Shown piece after piece: positions 11,365 to 24,702 of a stretch of DNA of 64,000 nucleotides. The stretch is from Octopus sinensis (lineage: Eukaryota). Positions within the stretch are counted from its first letter, which is position 1, and each line of letters starts with the position of its first letter. The stretch lies in assembly GCF_006345805.1 (NCBI RefSeq), contig NC_043006.1:28954001-29018000 (forward strand). The letters run 5' to 3'. The position numbers and the translations under genes were made by a program. The notes beneath the pieces are model-generated. The model was not told the DNA's origin. It saw only the letters and a list, made by a program, of their open reading frames with translations, and searched no databases.

Positions 11365-12569
11365 TCTAGTCAACTCACACCACATGAATTATTTTTAGTT
11401 TTGAGGTTATTTGCCCATTTTGTCTAGCTTGTATGTTCATGAAACATGCAACAATACCAAATGCATAAAATATACAGCCTGTGCCAAGAGGTTTCATTAA
11501 ATGGAGTATGAAAAGTGCAGAGAGGGTTTGTTATCTTTGAAGAATTGATTTGTAACAGGTGAAAGCAATGGAGCATTAAGTTTAATGAATTGCTCGTGAA
11601 CTGTTGTGGTAATTTCTAAGTATAGATGTTAAAACCCTGCAAAGGCTTTGTGTGTGTGTGTGTGTGTGTGTGTGAGTTTAACTGTAGATATGTAATGAAG
11701 AAAAAAGATCACCAGGTGTCTTGAAATACACTTGATTAGTTTGAAATCTACTTCAGTGGACAATGAATAGCTGCTGAGATGGCAAGGGAACATCTATCTG
11801 TTTGGTAAACCTACTGGAAATACAGTTTCCCTTAAATAGCATCTAGTGACTGAAAAAGATGACATATAAGATAAAGCAGTAGCATGTGTGTGTGTGTCAT
11901 TAACAGGGCTTTATAGAACCATTTCATACCAAAATGACTACCAAAAAAATTCCATTTCTTTATACTTGATTTTCTTATCTCTCCTTTCCTTACTTTTTTT
12001 TTGTGTGTATTTACATATGAATGAATACATCTGTTTGTTTCTTGGTGTGTGTTTAAGGTCCTATGTTTTTGTTTGTGTGTATGTGCGAGTGTATGTCTAT
12101 ATGTGTATATGTATGGGTGTTTGTATGCATATTTGTAATTAAAAACTCCTTATTTAAACTGAGAATTAACTCTAAAATATCAGTTTGAAAACCACTTTGA
12201 GTGAGAAACTCCTATCAGTCACCTTTTGTAAACCTATAAACATCTAATTATTAAAGTGGAAAAATTATCAGTAAAGCTTTTTCTATTCATTGTTTAAGTG
12301 TGTGTGTGTGTGTGTGTCATTTTTCAGCCAAAATGGAGATGAACTCCATTCGTCCATGTGATCGGCTTGAAAAATTAGAATATTAAGATTTTTTCCTAAC
12401 ATGAAACCAATGGTAGCCTTAATAACAGATAAAGAAATTTTATCCACCAATGTGGTGTTGAGCATTCATTCTCATTGTTTGACGTGTGTGTGTGTGTGTA
12501 TACATTTCCTTTATTCCTCTACTGGTTTCAGCCAGAGGATGGGGCCATGCTGGAGCACCACCTTTTAGT

Positions 12570-14075
12570 ATTTTGGGGTCTCCTCTCGGTACTGTTTTTG
12601 AAGAAGTGAGTTGAATGAAGCTGCTCTTCTTTGTGACTCCTGCTGCAACGTGGGCACATCTAGGATTTCAGATAGAAATTTGTCCAGTTACTTTTTGAAC
12701 ATTTTCAAAGCTACACTTTGCGGATCTCCTAAGTTCCTTTGCAGAATGTTAAACTGTTGTGATCCCCTGAAGCCTAAGCTGTTGCAGTACTAGGTTCTTA
12801 GCTGTGAATGAAGCAGTGTCTTTGGTAGTATGCAGTGCTGTCCAGTTTGGTGGTTGGTACAGCTTTTAATTCCAAGGTTGGGAGTTAGACCTTCCAGTAT
12901 CTTCCATATGTATATCACTGTGTACCTTGCTCACCTTCTCTTGAGGGAGTAGAGTTTCAGTTCTTGCAGCCTGTCCCAATAGCTCATCTGTTTCACTGAG
13001 TCAGTCTTCTTTTATGTAGTGGTGCTGGATTACTGCAAGTGCTGCCACCAATTTGACACTCTGTGGAAATCACAGTTGGGAGCAGTAATCCAGATGACTA
13101 AGGACAAATGTCCCCCATAGGAGTAGCAAAGTATCCTTATTTCTGGTTCTGAATGATCTAAAGATCCATGCAGCTACTCACCTGGACAAATGTTATCATC
13201 CTGGCAATATGCACATGGAATGTTGCATCACTACTCATGTGGATTCCCAGATCATGCACCGATTCTAACTCTGGCATTGCATTGACCCATGGTCCTATGT
13301 ATTTTGACTGTAGTTTGTTTGTGGGCTGACAGCAGAGTGCTTGGAACCCATCAGCATTGAACAGCACATTATTTCCATCAGCCCATTTGTATATTGCATA
13401 CAGATCATATTGCAGTTTTACTGTCATCAGGGTCCACGAATGCTTGAGATACCTTATACCATCAGCATAACTGGTGAGAGTGACTCGCTGTACAACTGAT
13501 GGCATGTCTGAGAGAGTCACTACAAATGGTAGTGGTCCTTGTACAGTTCCCTGAGGAACTCCACTGTGGATTGATGTCTCCCCCAGAGAGCACACCATTG
13601 GCTGCAACTGCTTGACTTCTGTCCTTTAAAAAGTCATGAGCCACTCTCCCAATTTTCTAGTGATACCAAGGTTGCATGGTTTGTGACTTACCATGATCAA
13701 CCTTTGCAAAGTTAAGATATATCACATCTACATCTGAGTGGTTGAACTGCTGTTTCAGTACCCAATCATAGTGTTGTAGTATCTGTGTGAGATAGCTCCT
13801 CCCTGGATGGAGATGATGTTGCGTGTTTGGTGAGCAAGTTATTCTCTGGCAGGAACGCGATCAGTCCCTTTCTGACAATGTGTTCCATGACGTTGCTAAC
13901 ATGTGAAGTCATGAGAGATAAGCCTGTAATTTTTAGCATCTGCTCTGTTTCCTAATTTATGGACAGGGCATATGATATCCTCTTTTAGCAGTTTGGGAAG
14001 CTTTCCACATGCAACGAAACTCTGAAAAAGTATCTGCAGTGGTTTTGCGAGAGCTTTCTTGCATGTTTTTAAGAG
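12570..14075 (-). mobile_element. CR1/L2-like LINE, RT region plus 3' end, decayed
   Basis: ORF 13158-13607: SGVPQGTVQGPL...LTSYADG...LQYDLYAIYKWADGNNVLFN...DLGIHMSSD. Confidence 0.88.
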
Positions 14076-14729
14076 ATATATAATCTATACATATATATGT
14101 GCATAAGTCGTCTATGAGATCATAAGTCAGGGAAAAGATGCACTTGTATATCTGCCAATAGAGTGGGTATATTATCCAAAATATATAGTCTTATATATCC
14201 ATCACGGCTGATCTTATCAATTACATACACGCACACATGTATGCATGCATGCATGTATGTGTACATATGCTGTAGTGTGTACTCGTGTGTATAAACCTGT
14301 GTAGCTCAAAAACATACAAATGCATTTACTTATTATTAGTCTGAGGCGGAAGAAAGTGCCCAGAGATATATTACTATCTTTCCTGAGAGTAATAGTTGGC
14401 ATTTTTGATATTTTTTTTCTCTCAAGAGATGCAGTTCTGTGGGGGAAAGATTGGTAAATGTGCTCAATATTAGAGATCCTGGGAAGTGAGATAAAGTGGT
14501 TGACAGAAGTGGAAGTTGAGTGCTTCACGATTTATATGGAATTAGTCATCTTCATCATTTTAATACTCACTTTTTCATGGTTGCATGGGTTGGACAGAGG
14601 TAAATTTTCTACTGCTGGCTGCCCTTCTTGTTGTCCACCTTTACCTATTTCCAAGCAAGGTAATATTTTCATGATCTAAAATAGACACCACTTCTATTTC
14701 GTTGACACGGCTATAGAGCAATGACAAAG

Positions 14730-15305
14730 TAGGAAACAGGAAGCCCATCATCCATATATATGTATACAAAGAGTTTCTTTAAATTTCCATCTATCAAATC
14801 CACTTACAAGGCTTTGGGTTGACCTGGATCTATAAAAGACACCTGCCTAAGGTGCTTGTGCCTACTAGTGTAGTCAGAATTTCATATCTGATTTGAGGAT
14901 AGTCCATTTTCAGTGTACCCTAAAGAAAATAGAAACTTCTCTTATGTCAGAGTTTTGCATTTAATGTTATACTAGCAGAGATATTCAGCCTTGCTCGGGA
15001 TTAAAATGGCATAGAATTATATTGTTTTACTTGTTCCTTTCATGTGATTGCAGCCATGGTCGAAGAAATCAAACATAGGATTTATTCTTTGTAAGCATAG
15101 TATTCATTCTGTCAGTGTCTTTTACCAAACCGCTAAGTTACGGGAATGTAAAGACAGCAACATCAGTTGTCAAGCAAAGGTGGGGGTACAAACACAAGAC
15201 ACATGCACACATATACATAAATATACACATATATATGACAGTCTTCTTTCAGTTTCTGAGTACAAAATCCACTCACAAAATTTTGGTTGGTCTGAGGCTA
15301 TAATA
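14730..15305 (-). mobile_element. Two SINE family B fragments (about 14730-14860 and 15040-15305)
   Basis: aaatccacttacaaggctttg, gcagccatg, ttttaccaaaccgctaagttacggg, cagttgtcaagc. Confidence 0.75.
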
Positions 15306-15328
15306 AGCATATATATATATATATATAG

Positions 15329-16141
15329 TAGCTGACATACCTGGTAATTCCCAGGAAAGCAGGCTAATCTAGTAACAACAATACAAAGTATGTAGTCCTC
15401 AAAACAGTTTTTGTGTAGTCATTGAGAATACTGAACTGTCTTACAAAGCATCTTGTTTTTAGGAGTTCCCAGTAAGTTATGAATACCCAAATTGTGAAGT
15501 CATTTATGTAATAACATGAAATTAATTACCCTATAGTAAGAATTCAAATAAAATAGACCCGGGCTTTAATATGTTCCCAGAGTATATAGATTTTAGGAGG
15601 AAATACTAAGGTATGTATACTAAAATTGTGAAACATGTTACGTAATAACAGGCTAATCAGATATGAAATAATAACAATTCAAAGTAATTAACTGTGAAAA
15701 CATGCTTTTGTGCGTTCCCAGAGAATATTACCTTCAGCAGCACGAATAAGTCACTAACCGAAATAAGTGGATCTATTGTTTAGGAGAATACTATTTACTT
15801 GTTTAAGCACTGTATTGGATAAATTGAGAAAATAACTAAAATAGTTCAAATACTAAGAAATAAGCATACTGAAAATGAATGGGTTATTTCCAGGAGGGAA
15901 TGGGTTATTTCCCTTGGAAGCTTAAAAATCATTACTCCCACCGTTCACCCATGCCCATATGTTATTCCTCCTGCCGTTTACCTGAACATTTTTTCGAAAT
16001 CAATTTATACTTAAAACCTCCCCAGACACATAAGCAATGTGCGTGTGAAGTTTAAGAAAAATCGGTCGAGTCATTTTGGTGCAAAACAAGGACATGCCAA
16101 TACACACACACACAGACATTTTCAGTTTTAATATGTAAGAT
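15329..16141 (+). mobile_element. Helentron/HINE-type non-autonomous element with degenerate internal ~130-bp repeats
   Basis: 5' TAGCTGACATACCTGGTAATTCCCAGG hairpin; 3' aagtttaagaaaaatcggtcgag...(ca)n...ttttaatatgtaagat; recurring ttcccag...aattgtgaa...gtaataac units. Confidence 0.6.
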
Positions 16142-17583
16142 TATTTTATGCTTGGTTTTAAAATCCCACCAAGATTAGCTTTTCAGCTTTCTGGTTCCAC
16201 AAAATATATGTACCAGTCAAAACGAGTTGATTAAGTTGACAGTACCCCCACTTCCAAATTGGATGCTTTTGCACTCCACTTAGAAATCAATAATTTTGTT
16301 ACAAACCTGCTGTTAGTTTTGACCCTATTATACTAGGTTTTGGTTAAATAGGTAGTAGCATTTTAGAGTCTGTTCAAAATGTGAACAATCAAATGGAAGG
16401 CAATAGAAATGCCAAAGATACTCATTCATCAAGGTTGCCACTCATCAAATAATAAAACACCCAGATTATTTGCTGCCAAAAAAACCCAGATCCTATTTTA
16501 TAAACCCAGATGTTAGAAAAATGGGTATATAATTGGTAATTTAATGATAAAATATATTATATGACAAAATGAATACAGAATTTAATACTTTATATCATAT
16601 GACAGCTAATTGTCAATTTTGTACATATCCACATTATCTTCATTCACTCATTCAATGGTGATACTCATTTTCTTTTATTTTTTTTAAAGTTTAGTCTACT
16701 TCTATATTTACAAGACAAGACCCATCCACTACATCTTTAATCAGTTTAGTGTTTGGCTCTCAAAAAATGTATGACACTCTCTTTCTTGTAACTGCTTGTT
16801 TAGTGAGTAAATGATCGGTGATCTTTTGGCTTTCAACCTATTAGTTAGTGAACTTTGTCTTTGTGTAACCTACTTGGGAAAATATGTGCTCCACACATGC
16901 TGATGAATGATGTAACACAGTTAAATTGGTCATGAATTGTGACAGCCTCTCAAATTTAGAGTGGTCAAGCCCATCTTTAAGATTGCGTATGGAATACCAG
17001 AATTCTAGGATGCTTTTTGAGGAAATGGAAACTTCTTTATATTGCTGAAATAATTTCCACTCATCGTCTAGTTCATCAAGTGTGTTTTCTGGTGCAATTG
17101 CTGGAAAGTTTGATGCCAAGGGAATTCTCAACTGAGGAGAGTTAGTGAGATCACACATTACTTTTGGATCAAGTGTTTCTAAGAGGGCAAACACTCCAGC
17201 TTCATCGAGAGAAAAGCGTATTTTTATTTGCGAGCATAATTCTACTGAAAAATTTTTGCAATTGGTTTTGAATCTAGATGAGTCACTAACAATGGGGTTC
17301 TGTTCTAGATATTTTGTTGTGTCCCCACAGAGGTAAATATCACTCATATCTTTGTGATTTGTTGTGTTATTAAGATCAATATCTGATAATTTAGATATGG
17401 CTAAAACATCCTTTTTTATAAAGCAACTAAGTATACTTTTATATTCATTGGATACGAGTGTATGCAACAGATACAGTCGAAAGTGTTTCGATTGAAACTC
17501 GACATTAAGAGCATTTACTTTCTTTAATATATAATGTAAGAAGAGCAGCATGTGCTTCATCCCTTTGTTAATCGTTGTTTCAT

Positions 17584-17815
17584 AAGGCGGCGAGCTGACA
17601 GAAACGTTAGCATGCTGGGTGAAATGCTTAGTGGTATTTCGTCTGCCGTTATGTTCTGAGTTCAAATTCTGCTGAGGTCGACTTTGCCTTTCATCCTTTC
17701 GGGGTCGATAAATTAAGTACTAGTTACGCACTGGGGTGGATATAATCGACTTAATCCCTTTGTCTGTCCTTGTTTGTCCCCTCTATGTTTAGCCCTTGTG
17801 GGCAATAAAGAAATA
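17584..17815 (+). mobile_element. SINE family A, full length, inserted in the hAT
   Basis: aaggcggcgagctgacagaaacgttagc...gtcgactttgcctttcatcctttcggggtcgataaattaagtac...gggcaataaagaaata. Confidence 0.95.
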
Positions 17816-18016
17816 TGAAATGCTAGCATGCCTGGCAAAATGCTTAGCAGTATTTCATCTGTCTTTATGTTCTGAGTTCAAATTCTGCTGAGATCGACTT
17901 TGCCTTTCATCCTTTTGGGGTTGATAAATTATACCATTTGCATACTGGGGGCGATCTAATTGACTAGCCCCTCCCCCAAAATTTCGGGTGTTGTGCCTAG
18001 AGTAGATAAGAATCAT
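17816..18016 (+). mobile_element. SINE family A variant (different 3' tail), directly adjacent
   Basis: Same head and core, with the alternative tail cccctcccccaaaatttcgggtgttgtgcctagagtagataagaatc. Confidence 0.88.
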
Positions 18017-20868
18017 TGTTTCATAGATCTTTTTTGCTCTGTCCACTTTTTCTACTTTAGCCTCTGACTGAAAATAAAGTGCAAGGACATCCCACTGTTC
18101 TGTTATAACCTTAATTGCATTTTCACGTGACAACTATCTTGTTTGTGAAAGCTTTGGAATCTGGTTTTCTTTTGTGCCAACAACACTTTGTATCATATTG
18201 AAGTCATTTGCTACTTTGAGAAAAGTAAGAAGTCAAGTCCTTTAAAAAGAACTCGAAATACAAAGGTAACACCTTCACTAAAGTGCAAATAAATGGCAAA
18301 CACAGCCTATTGTAAATACAGTCAGAATTTTGTTTCTCAATAACTTTTGAAACCTGCTCTTGTTACCTATCTTGTTGAGCAATTATCGCTAGCAAATCCA
18401 AGTATGTTAACCATAGACACATCTTTTGTGAGTGTAGACTTGACAGCATCGTACAAACCCTGAGACAAATCATTTTCTTACTACAATTCCATCCAGTAGA
18501 GCATCCTTGATATTAAGCGATTGTTCATCAAAAAACTAAACAAATATTGCTAAGATTTGTGTCACTGAGATGTCTGTACTCTCATCTATCAATAATGTTT
18601 CTTGAGAATTTCCAAGATTTTATTTCATTCATAATTTGCAATTCTGTCTTGCATAATGTATGTTAATTTTTTTTGTTTTCATTTGTAGATTTTTAGCTAT
18701 TTCATTATCAGGAAAGGCCTTTTTACAAATTTCAGCTAAGTAATTTATATAGATGTTAATTTATAATTTATATAACCTGTTAGTAGCAAGTCTGTCTTAG
18801 CTCCCTTCTCATTTAAGGTACCATCTGTTTTTTTTTTAAACAATAACTGAAGCTAATTTGGTAGCAGATTTTTCACAATCAAAAGCTTTCTTGTGTTTGT
18901 AAGTGTTTTTAGGAGCTAACAGCATTGATTTGTTAGCATTTTTCATCACAACAAACACAGTAGCAGGTGTCAGGATTTTTATCATCTTGCTGTAACCAAT
19001 CTTTAAGCTCAGCATCTTCCAACCACGACTTCTTGAAATTTTGGATGTACCACTTCCTCTTTTTGGACATACTATCGTCTGCCATTACTTTGCAATGGGT
19101 TACTAAACAAACTCACTAACTCAAAATGTTGGTAAACAAATTTTAAATCACGTGTAACAATTGAAGCGTATACCATCAACACAGTCAAGCTGTCAACTGG
19201 TGGTGTCATAGTTTCAGACAAGTAGTCACCAATGCATTGTAACTTGTAGTTGCCCAGTATGATACAAGTTTAAACAAATAATGAACACGTATGTTCGGTA
19301 ATTATGTCATATACAATATTTGTCCTGATAAATTCATTGCATGAGATGATTATGCAAGATATATAGAAAGTTTACAAAGTCTTAGAATAGGTGCAACTTT
19401 GGTACAAATTGCATCCAAAGAGTATGACACCAAATTTCCTTTAAAAGATAAGTTTGCAGCCAAAATTAACTTTAAAACCCTGATTTTATGTAAATTTGGA
19501 AATTAAAACCCATAAACCCATCATTGCTCCAAAAAACCAGATCTGGATGGAAAAACCCATCAGTGGCATTCTTGTAATTAATCACTTGCTAATCAAAACC
19601 ACTCTAATACTTATTGTTCACCATAAGAGTTCCCAGAGATAGTTTAACTATTTATCTCTTTAATAGTCCTAACAATAAATATATAATAAAAGAACAATCT
19701 AAAGCCTAATCGAAATTTAGTCCTTTTGGAAATAGATAGGCTAACTTTGTTATCATAGCATTTTGTTTAAAGCATTTCACTTTTCATGTTGCATAGCAAA
19801 CTTGGCTGTTTCCTAAAGCAGCTGTGTAATGGTGATGACATTTAATAATACAGAACAGTTCAGTAAAAATAAACCACTTCCTTTTCCAGGATGATTAACT
19901 ATGTTAAACAACAAGCGGTCACATGACAACCCACTTCTGTAATTTCCAGTCATAAGAGTGATAAGTGTGGATTTACAACAATAGGAACATAGGTAATTAA
20001 TTGTAGCATTAGTCATGAATAGGAATATCATTTGGGAAAAATATTCAAGTCTTGTGTCCTGGATACACTAATCCAAATTCAGGCTGAGATCTACTCACTG
20101 TACAGATGTATGGTTAAGAAATTTGATTCATGATTTTGTGCATTGAAACTCATTACATGGCATCTTCCTCGAGTGTGAATTTTAGATGCGTATTTAAACA
20201 TAGATTCTCTTTCAATCTATAAGTTTATATCTTATTGCAGAAATGAAAAAAAAAAAGTAAATGTTATTAGGGATATCTCAACATTTATATATTAGGACAG
20301 GAGGCATTAAGGGAGCCTCTGTGGAGTTGCTCTACCTACAAGATTTTGCTGCTAAGTCTCCCTCAAAACATACCCTGCAATAGAAAGACATATGGAATTG
20401 AATTCTTGAAGATGCAGTTTTTATTGGTACTATTTGAAGAGCATTGGACAAAATGCGATGTGGTTTTTGGTTATATCGCTTTACATTCCGAGCTCAAATT
20501 CTGCTATGGTCAAACTTCCATCCTTCAGGGGTTGATAGAATAAACACCTGAAGTATTGGAATCAATGGAATTGATTGCACCCTTTTTGCACTTTAGTAGC
20601 CCTGAGCCTATGATAGAAATAAACTATAAGGTAATTACCTGGAGTCTGGTGCTTCTTGTAATAATAATGATTATGAACTCACATGCACACTCGTGTGCAC
20701 ACACATGCACACATAGGCAAGTGCACTCATACATACATGCACAAAGGCACACACAGGCAAACATACATACACACTTGACTTTTTGTATGTGATTGACTAG
20801 TTGAATTTTGAAAGGTTACACACACACAAATATATGCACATATATCATCATAAGTTAACATCTGCTTT

Positions 20869-20899
<31 letters not shown>

Positions 20900-20908
<9 letters not shown>

Positions 20909-21335
20909 TTTAAGGCATGGGTTGGACAGTTTGACTGGGCTGGCACACTGGAAGGCTGTGCCAGGCTCCAATCTCATTTGGCATGGTTTTATCTGGTGTG
21001 ACACCAGTATCTGCCATGACTGCAATTTTGCTCGGCTTGATGGGTCTTCTTGTCAAGCACAACATAATGCCAAAGGTCTTGGTCATTGCCCCTGAGAGGC
21101 CCAACACTCAAAAGAAACTTAACCACTTTGCCTCCATGAGGCCCAACACGGAACAGACTTTGTATTTAGCAGACTCTCCTCCTCCCATTCATTCTCCACA
21201 TTCAGCAGTCTTTCATAATGGCATCTCCAAGCCTCTTTCTTTGTAGAATCATTAAACGCGAGGGCACCATCATAAATGCAGACACATTTCTCTCCTATGA
21301 CATCACAGTTTTCTCTCACACACTGTCTTGCAATC
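20900..21335 (-). mobile_element. RTE-LINE fragments
   Basis: RENCDVIGEKCV...DSTKKEAWRCHYERLLNVENEWEEESL plus an RTE 3' tail. Confidence 0.8.
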
Positions 21336-21762
21336 TGAAATACTTCAGATACATATAGATATACAGATAGATAGATATATAGTTATATAGATAGATAGAT
21401 ATATATATATATACATAACTCGATATTTTGTACATATAAATTGCAGTATGTGTATAATGACTAACACATACATTTCCACAATTCTCAACCGATTTTCACT
21501 AAACTTTATGTACACATTACTTATGTCCCAAGGAATGTCATGCACTATAACATTTTCCTAGAGCTCCCACGTAAACGAACATAGTTTTTTTAGTATGTAG
21601 GGTTTTCTTTTTAATCTTTTTATAAAAGTGAAAGGATTTTGTCTATTTATTTTCACTGCCCCCCCCCATATAAATCACAGTATATATATTTGTATGTATA
21701 TATTTTTATATTTATAGATATCTATATTTATATATATATATTTGTATATTTATAGATATCTA

Positions 21763-21801
<39 letters not shown>

Positions 21802-21820
21802 ACATTTATAGATATCTATA

Positions 21821-21851
<31 letters not shown>

Positions 21852-21868
21852 TTGTACATTTATAGATA

Positions 21869-21900
<32 letters not shown>

Positions 21901-21950
21901 TTGTACATTTATAGATATCTATTTTTATATATATAGACACACACACACAC
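21335..21950 (-). repeat. Microsatellite block containing a HINE-like fragment and a degenerate ~40-bp TA-rich tandem repeat
   Basis: ccgattttcactaaactttat motif; repeated tttgtacatttatagatatctata(ta)n. Confidence 0.7.
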
Positions 21951-22949
21951 TGAGTATTTAATTTGGTCATATCCAGCTTAAATATTCCACCTGGCTTATG
22001 TTCAGTCAGGCCTGATTTGACCTCCTACACCTTCCTTCTGTTATCATTCAAAATGAAGAGGAATCACATCATCAAACTCTTGAAACTATGAGATAATGCA
22101 TGATTCATTCAAAACAATGTGAATAAATAAGTATTACATTTGACAGAGTAAACTCAATGCAAAGTGTTAAATATACATGTCAGTTTGTTATCCCAACATC
22201 TTTAACAATTAACAGGTCACATGTTTTCACCTTGTTTTGTAATTATTTTCTATATTATTAATAATTTGTAATAATTTTCTATCCTCAAAGATAAAACATA
22301 CTAGCATGATTGCTAGAAATTCTAGAAATAATGTTATACTGAAAGTGATTGAAGTAGGAAGACTCTGTAATGACTGCATTACTTTATTTTGCCCCCAAAC
22401 AGCTGGGATGTTTGTATATGTGACATTGACAATTTTTCACGTTTATAACCTATATCCATGTAGTTAATGACAATCAATAAAAAAAAAACTTCCACAAATT
22501 GTTTCTCTTTAAATATATTGATTACGTATTGATCGTTTGGAAAGGAATTGTTGAGGTGTATATAATTTCTCCAGTTTTGCTACCTCTAAATAATTTCCTT
22601 TATTTCTTGTACATCCACATTTGTTCTTATACTAAAGCTGGTTGAATAGTTGTGCAAATTTAGACATGTTATATTTATAGTATTCTGATTGCTTATTATC
22701 TACAGTAAAAAATGAGCTTGAATAAGCTATCCTGGTGACAGTTTTAGTATGCTGCTTGGATAACATTGGTGAACCATGATACATATTATAACAGACATTT
22801 AAGGATTTAAACTTACCCCTATTATTGAATTACCTACAGTATGATCTCTTGCTAATTACCTGAGTTTACTAAGCTAAATAAATTTATTATAATGAACTTG
22901 TTCACTAATTATTATAGACTTATTTAATTATTGCAGACATAATAAATTG

Positions 22950-23830
22950 ACACTGAAGATTTGCAAATCAAACGTCTTGTAATGATGCTAACACTTAACA
23001 TCTGACAGTGTTGATGAAACATGCTTGGCTGATACAGTTAAGCTAAAAAAAAAAACTATATATAGATGATATACATCTAAATTAAGCCAAAATTCAATGT
23101 ATCATGTGGCATCAATAAACTTTCAAACTGAAAGATTTATCCTACAACTATTCAATATTGTTCAATTGAGCATGTAAAGAGTTTAACTGAATGTTAAAGT
23201 TGAAAACTAACTGAAAGACAGGCTTATCATCTGAGAGGCTCAATGTCCATGTTTCTCTATTGAAATTCTCTACATTGAAAGATGATCCAGAAGCAGAACT
23301 TAAAAAATGGACTTTTATGAACAAAATCAGCTGTGATCAAACAAAAAGATTCTTGCCTCAAATACTTGTCTGTTGTTAACCGTCTAGTAATGGTGCAGTT
23401 GAAGCAAGCATTTACTTATGAAATAGTAGTACAAACAAGTTCTAATACAATGGTATTTTTTCACTACTAGCGTGGTCTCTTACCAGGGGAAACTCTAGTA
23501 AGCAACAAATTATTAAGTCAAGCCAGACTAAACGTTAATGCAATTGTAGATTATTGCATTCTTATGGCTTCTCTCTGTTACATGGGAAGAGATGTTTTAA
23601 CTGTTGTAAATTGGACCATTTCTGCAAAACTATTGCATTCTCCATGGTTTGTCCATATTGTTTAATGTATGTGACAAAAAAGTAACTTGGAATCTTAATT
23701 ATGAAACAAATGAACATTTATATTATATGAATTCTAAATTGAATGCACACCTAGTTCAAATGCAATTAGATGCGAGTGCAACATACTCCATCATTCTGGG
23801 TTTTCTTTTAACAAATTTGTCAATCAACCT
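22950..23830 (+). mobile_element. Ty3/Gypsy gag-protease remnant
   Basis: LKDRLII (about 23211), zinc knuckle GKRCFNCCKLDHFC (about 23584) and protease motif VQMQLDASATYSII (about 23754), in the expected order. Confidence 0.65.
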
Positions 23831-24207
23831 TTCTGGTAGATATTCAACAAGATAGTTGACAGCAAAGGACTTACTTCACTTTGGTGCAAACCAAAGATAG
23901 TACTGATTACAAAGTACATTTAAATGGCACGATTCAAACTTTTTCTCCAACTCATCGCAAAACCACTTTCACTGACAGGACTGTCATATATCTTTTTCTA
24001 GACTACATAACTCAGTGTCCTCATTTTTAAAGGCAGTAAGGATGTGATTTGTGGGAAATTTGGCTACTATTTCTAGAAAAAATATAGACTTTCCCATTGA
24101 CCATTGATTTTTGTATTTAGATGTTGAGAGGAGGTGAATGTTCATATGATGTTATGCATATCATGGGAAAAATACCTTTGTAGATTTAGGCATTTTTAAT
24201 TCATTAA

Positions 24208-24419
24208 CCCTTTAGTGTTCACATTATTCTGCCAAAGTTAATGCCTTTTCATCCACATTGTTTTGAACTAATCATTCATTAATCTTGTAGCTATGAGATT
24301 TTGATGAGGTAGCTGTTAATTTTTAAAACGATATTGTAGGGTTGGTGTGAGAGACCAGATCTGGCCAGTTTGAACATAAAACAGGCAGAATACTTCTGGC
24401 CGGTTTAAATGCTAAAGGG
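24208..24419. mobile_element. TTAA-specific (piggyBac-type) MITE
   Basis: TIRs ccctttag / ctaaaggg, flanked by TTAA on both sides. Confidence 0.85.
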
Positions 24420-24702
24420 TTAAATAATCTTGTATTGTTGGTTTTTTAAATTTTGCAGTGTTTTCTCCCTTTATTGCATTCCCTTGGACTCACATGTGAG
24501 ACAGTTTTAATAACAATTGCGATTGGCTCATTTCAATTTCAATGTTGATCACAACTGAGAAAGTTACTCAACTATGAATGTTTTATTTACTATTTTTTTT
24601 ATAAGATCTTATCCACCATTCCATACCACATTCACATATGGGTACATTTGGGATTTCTGCTGTACAACAAGGTTTCAGTTTTATTTGTAACTTGTTTGCT
24701 CA

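Larger units (their letters stand above)
16800..19075 (-). pseudogene. hAT transposase pseudogene, interrupted by two SINEs
   Basis: N-terminal BED-like MSKKRKWYIQNFKKSWLED...WL...CYCVCC; WDVLALYFQ; C-terminal dimerisation motif EFWYSI...LTVLHHSSACVEHIFSQV...KTKFTN (ORF 16841-17665). Confidence 0.85.
16430..19574 (-). mobile_element. Full-length decayed hAT transposon
   Basis: Imperfect TIRs caaggttgccactcat / revcomp caagaatgccactgat; degenerate 8-bp TSD tcattcat/taattaat; transposase remnants inside. Confidence 0.85.

Noticed and set aside
22937-23035. Exon candidate after ttattgcag
   Set aside because: Stops in all frames, and it lies in the Gypsy gag remnant.
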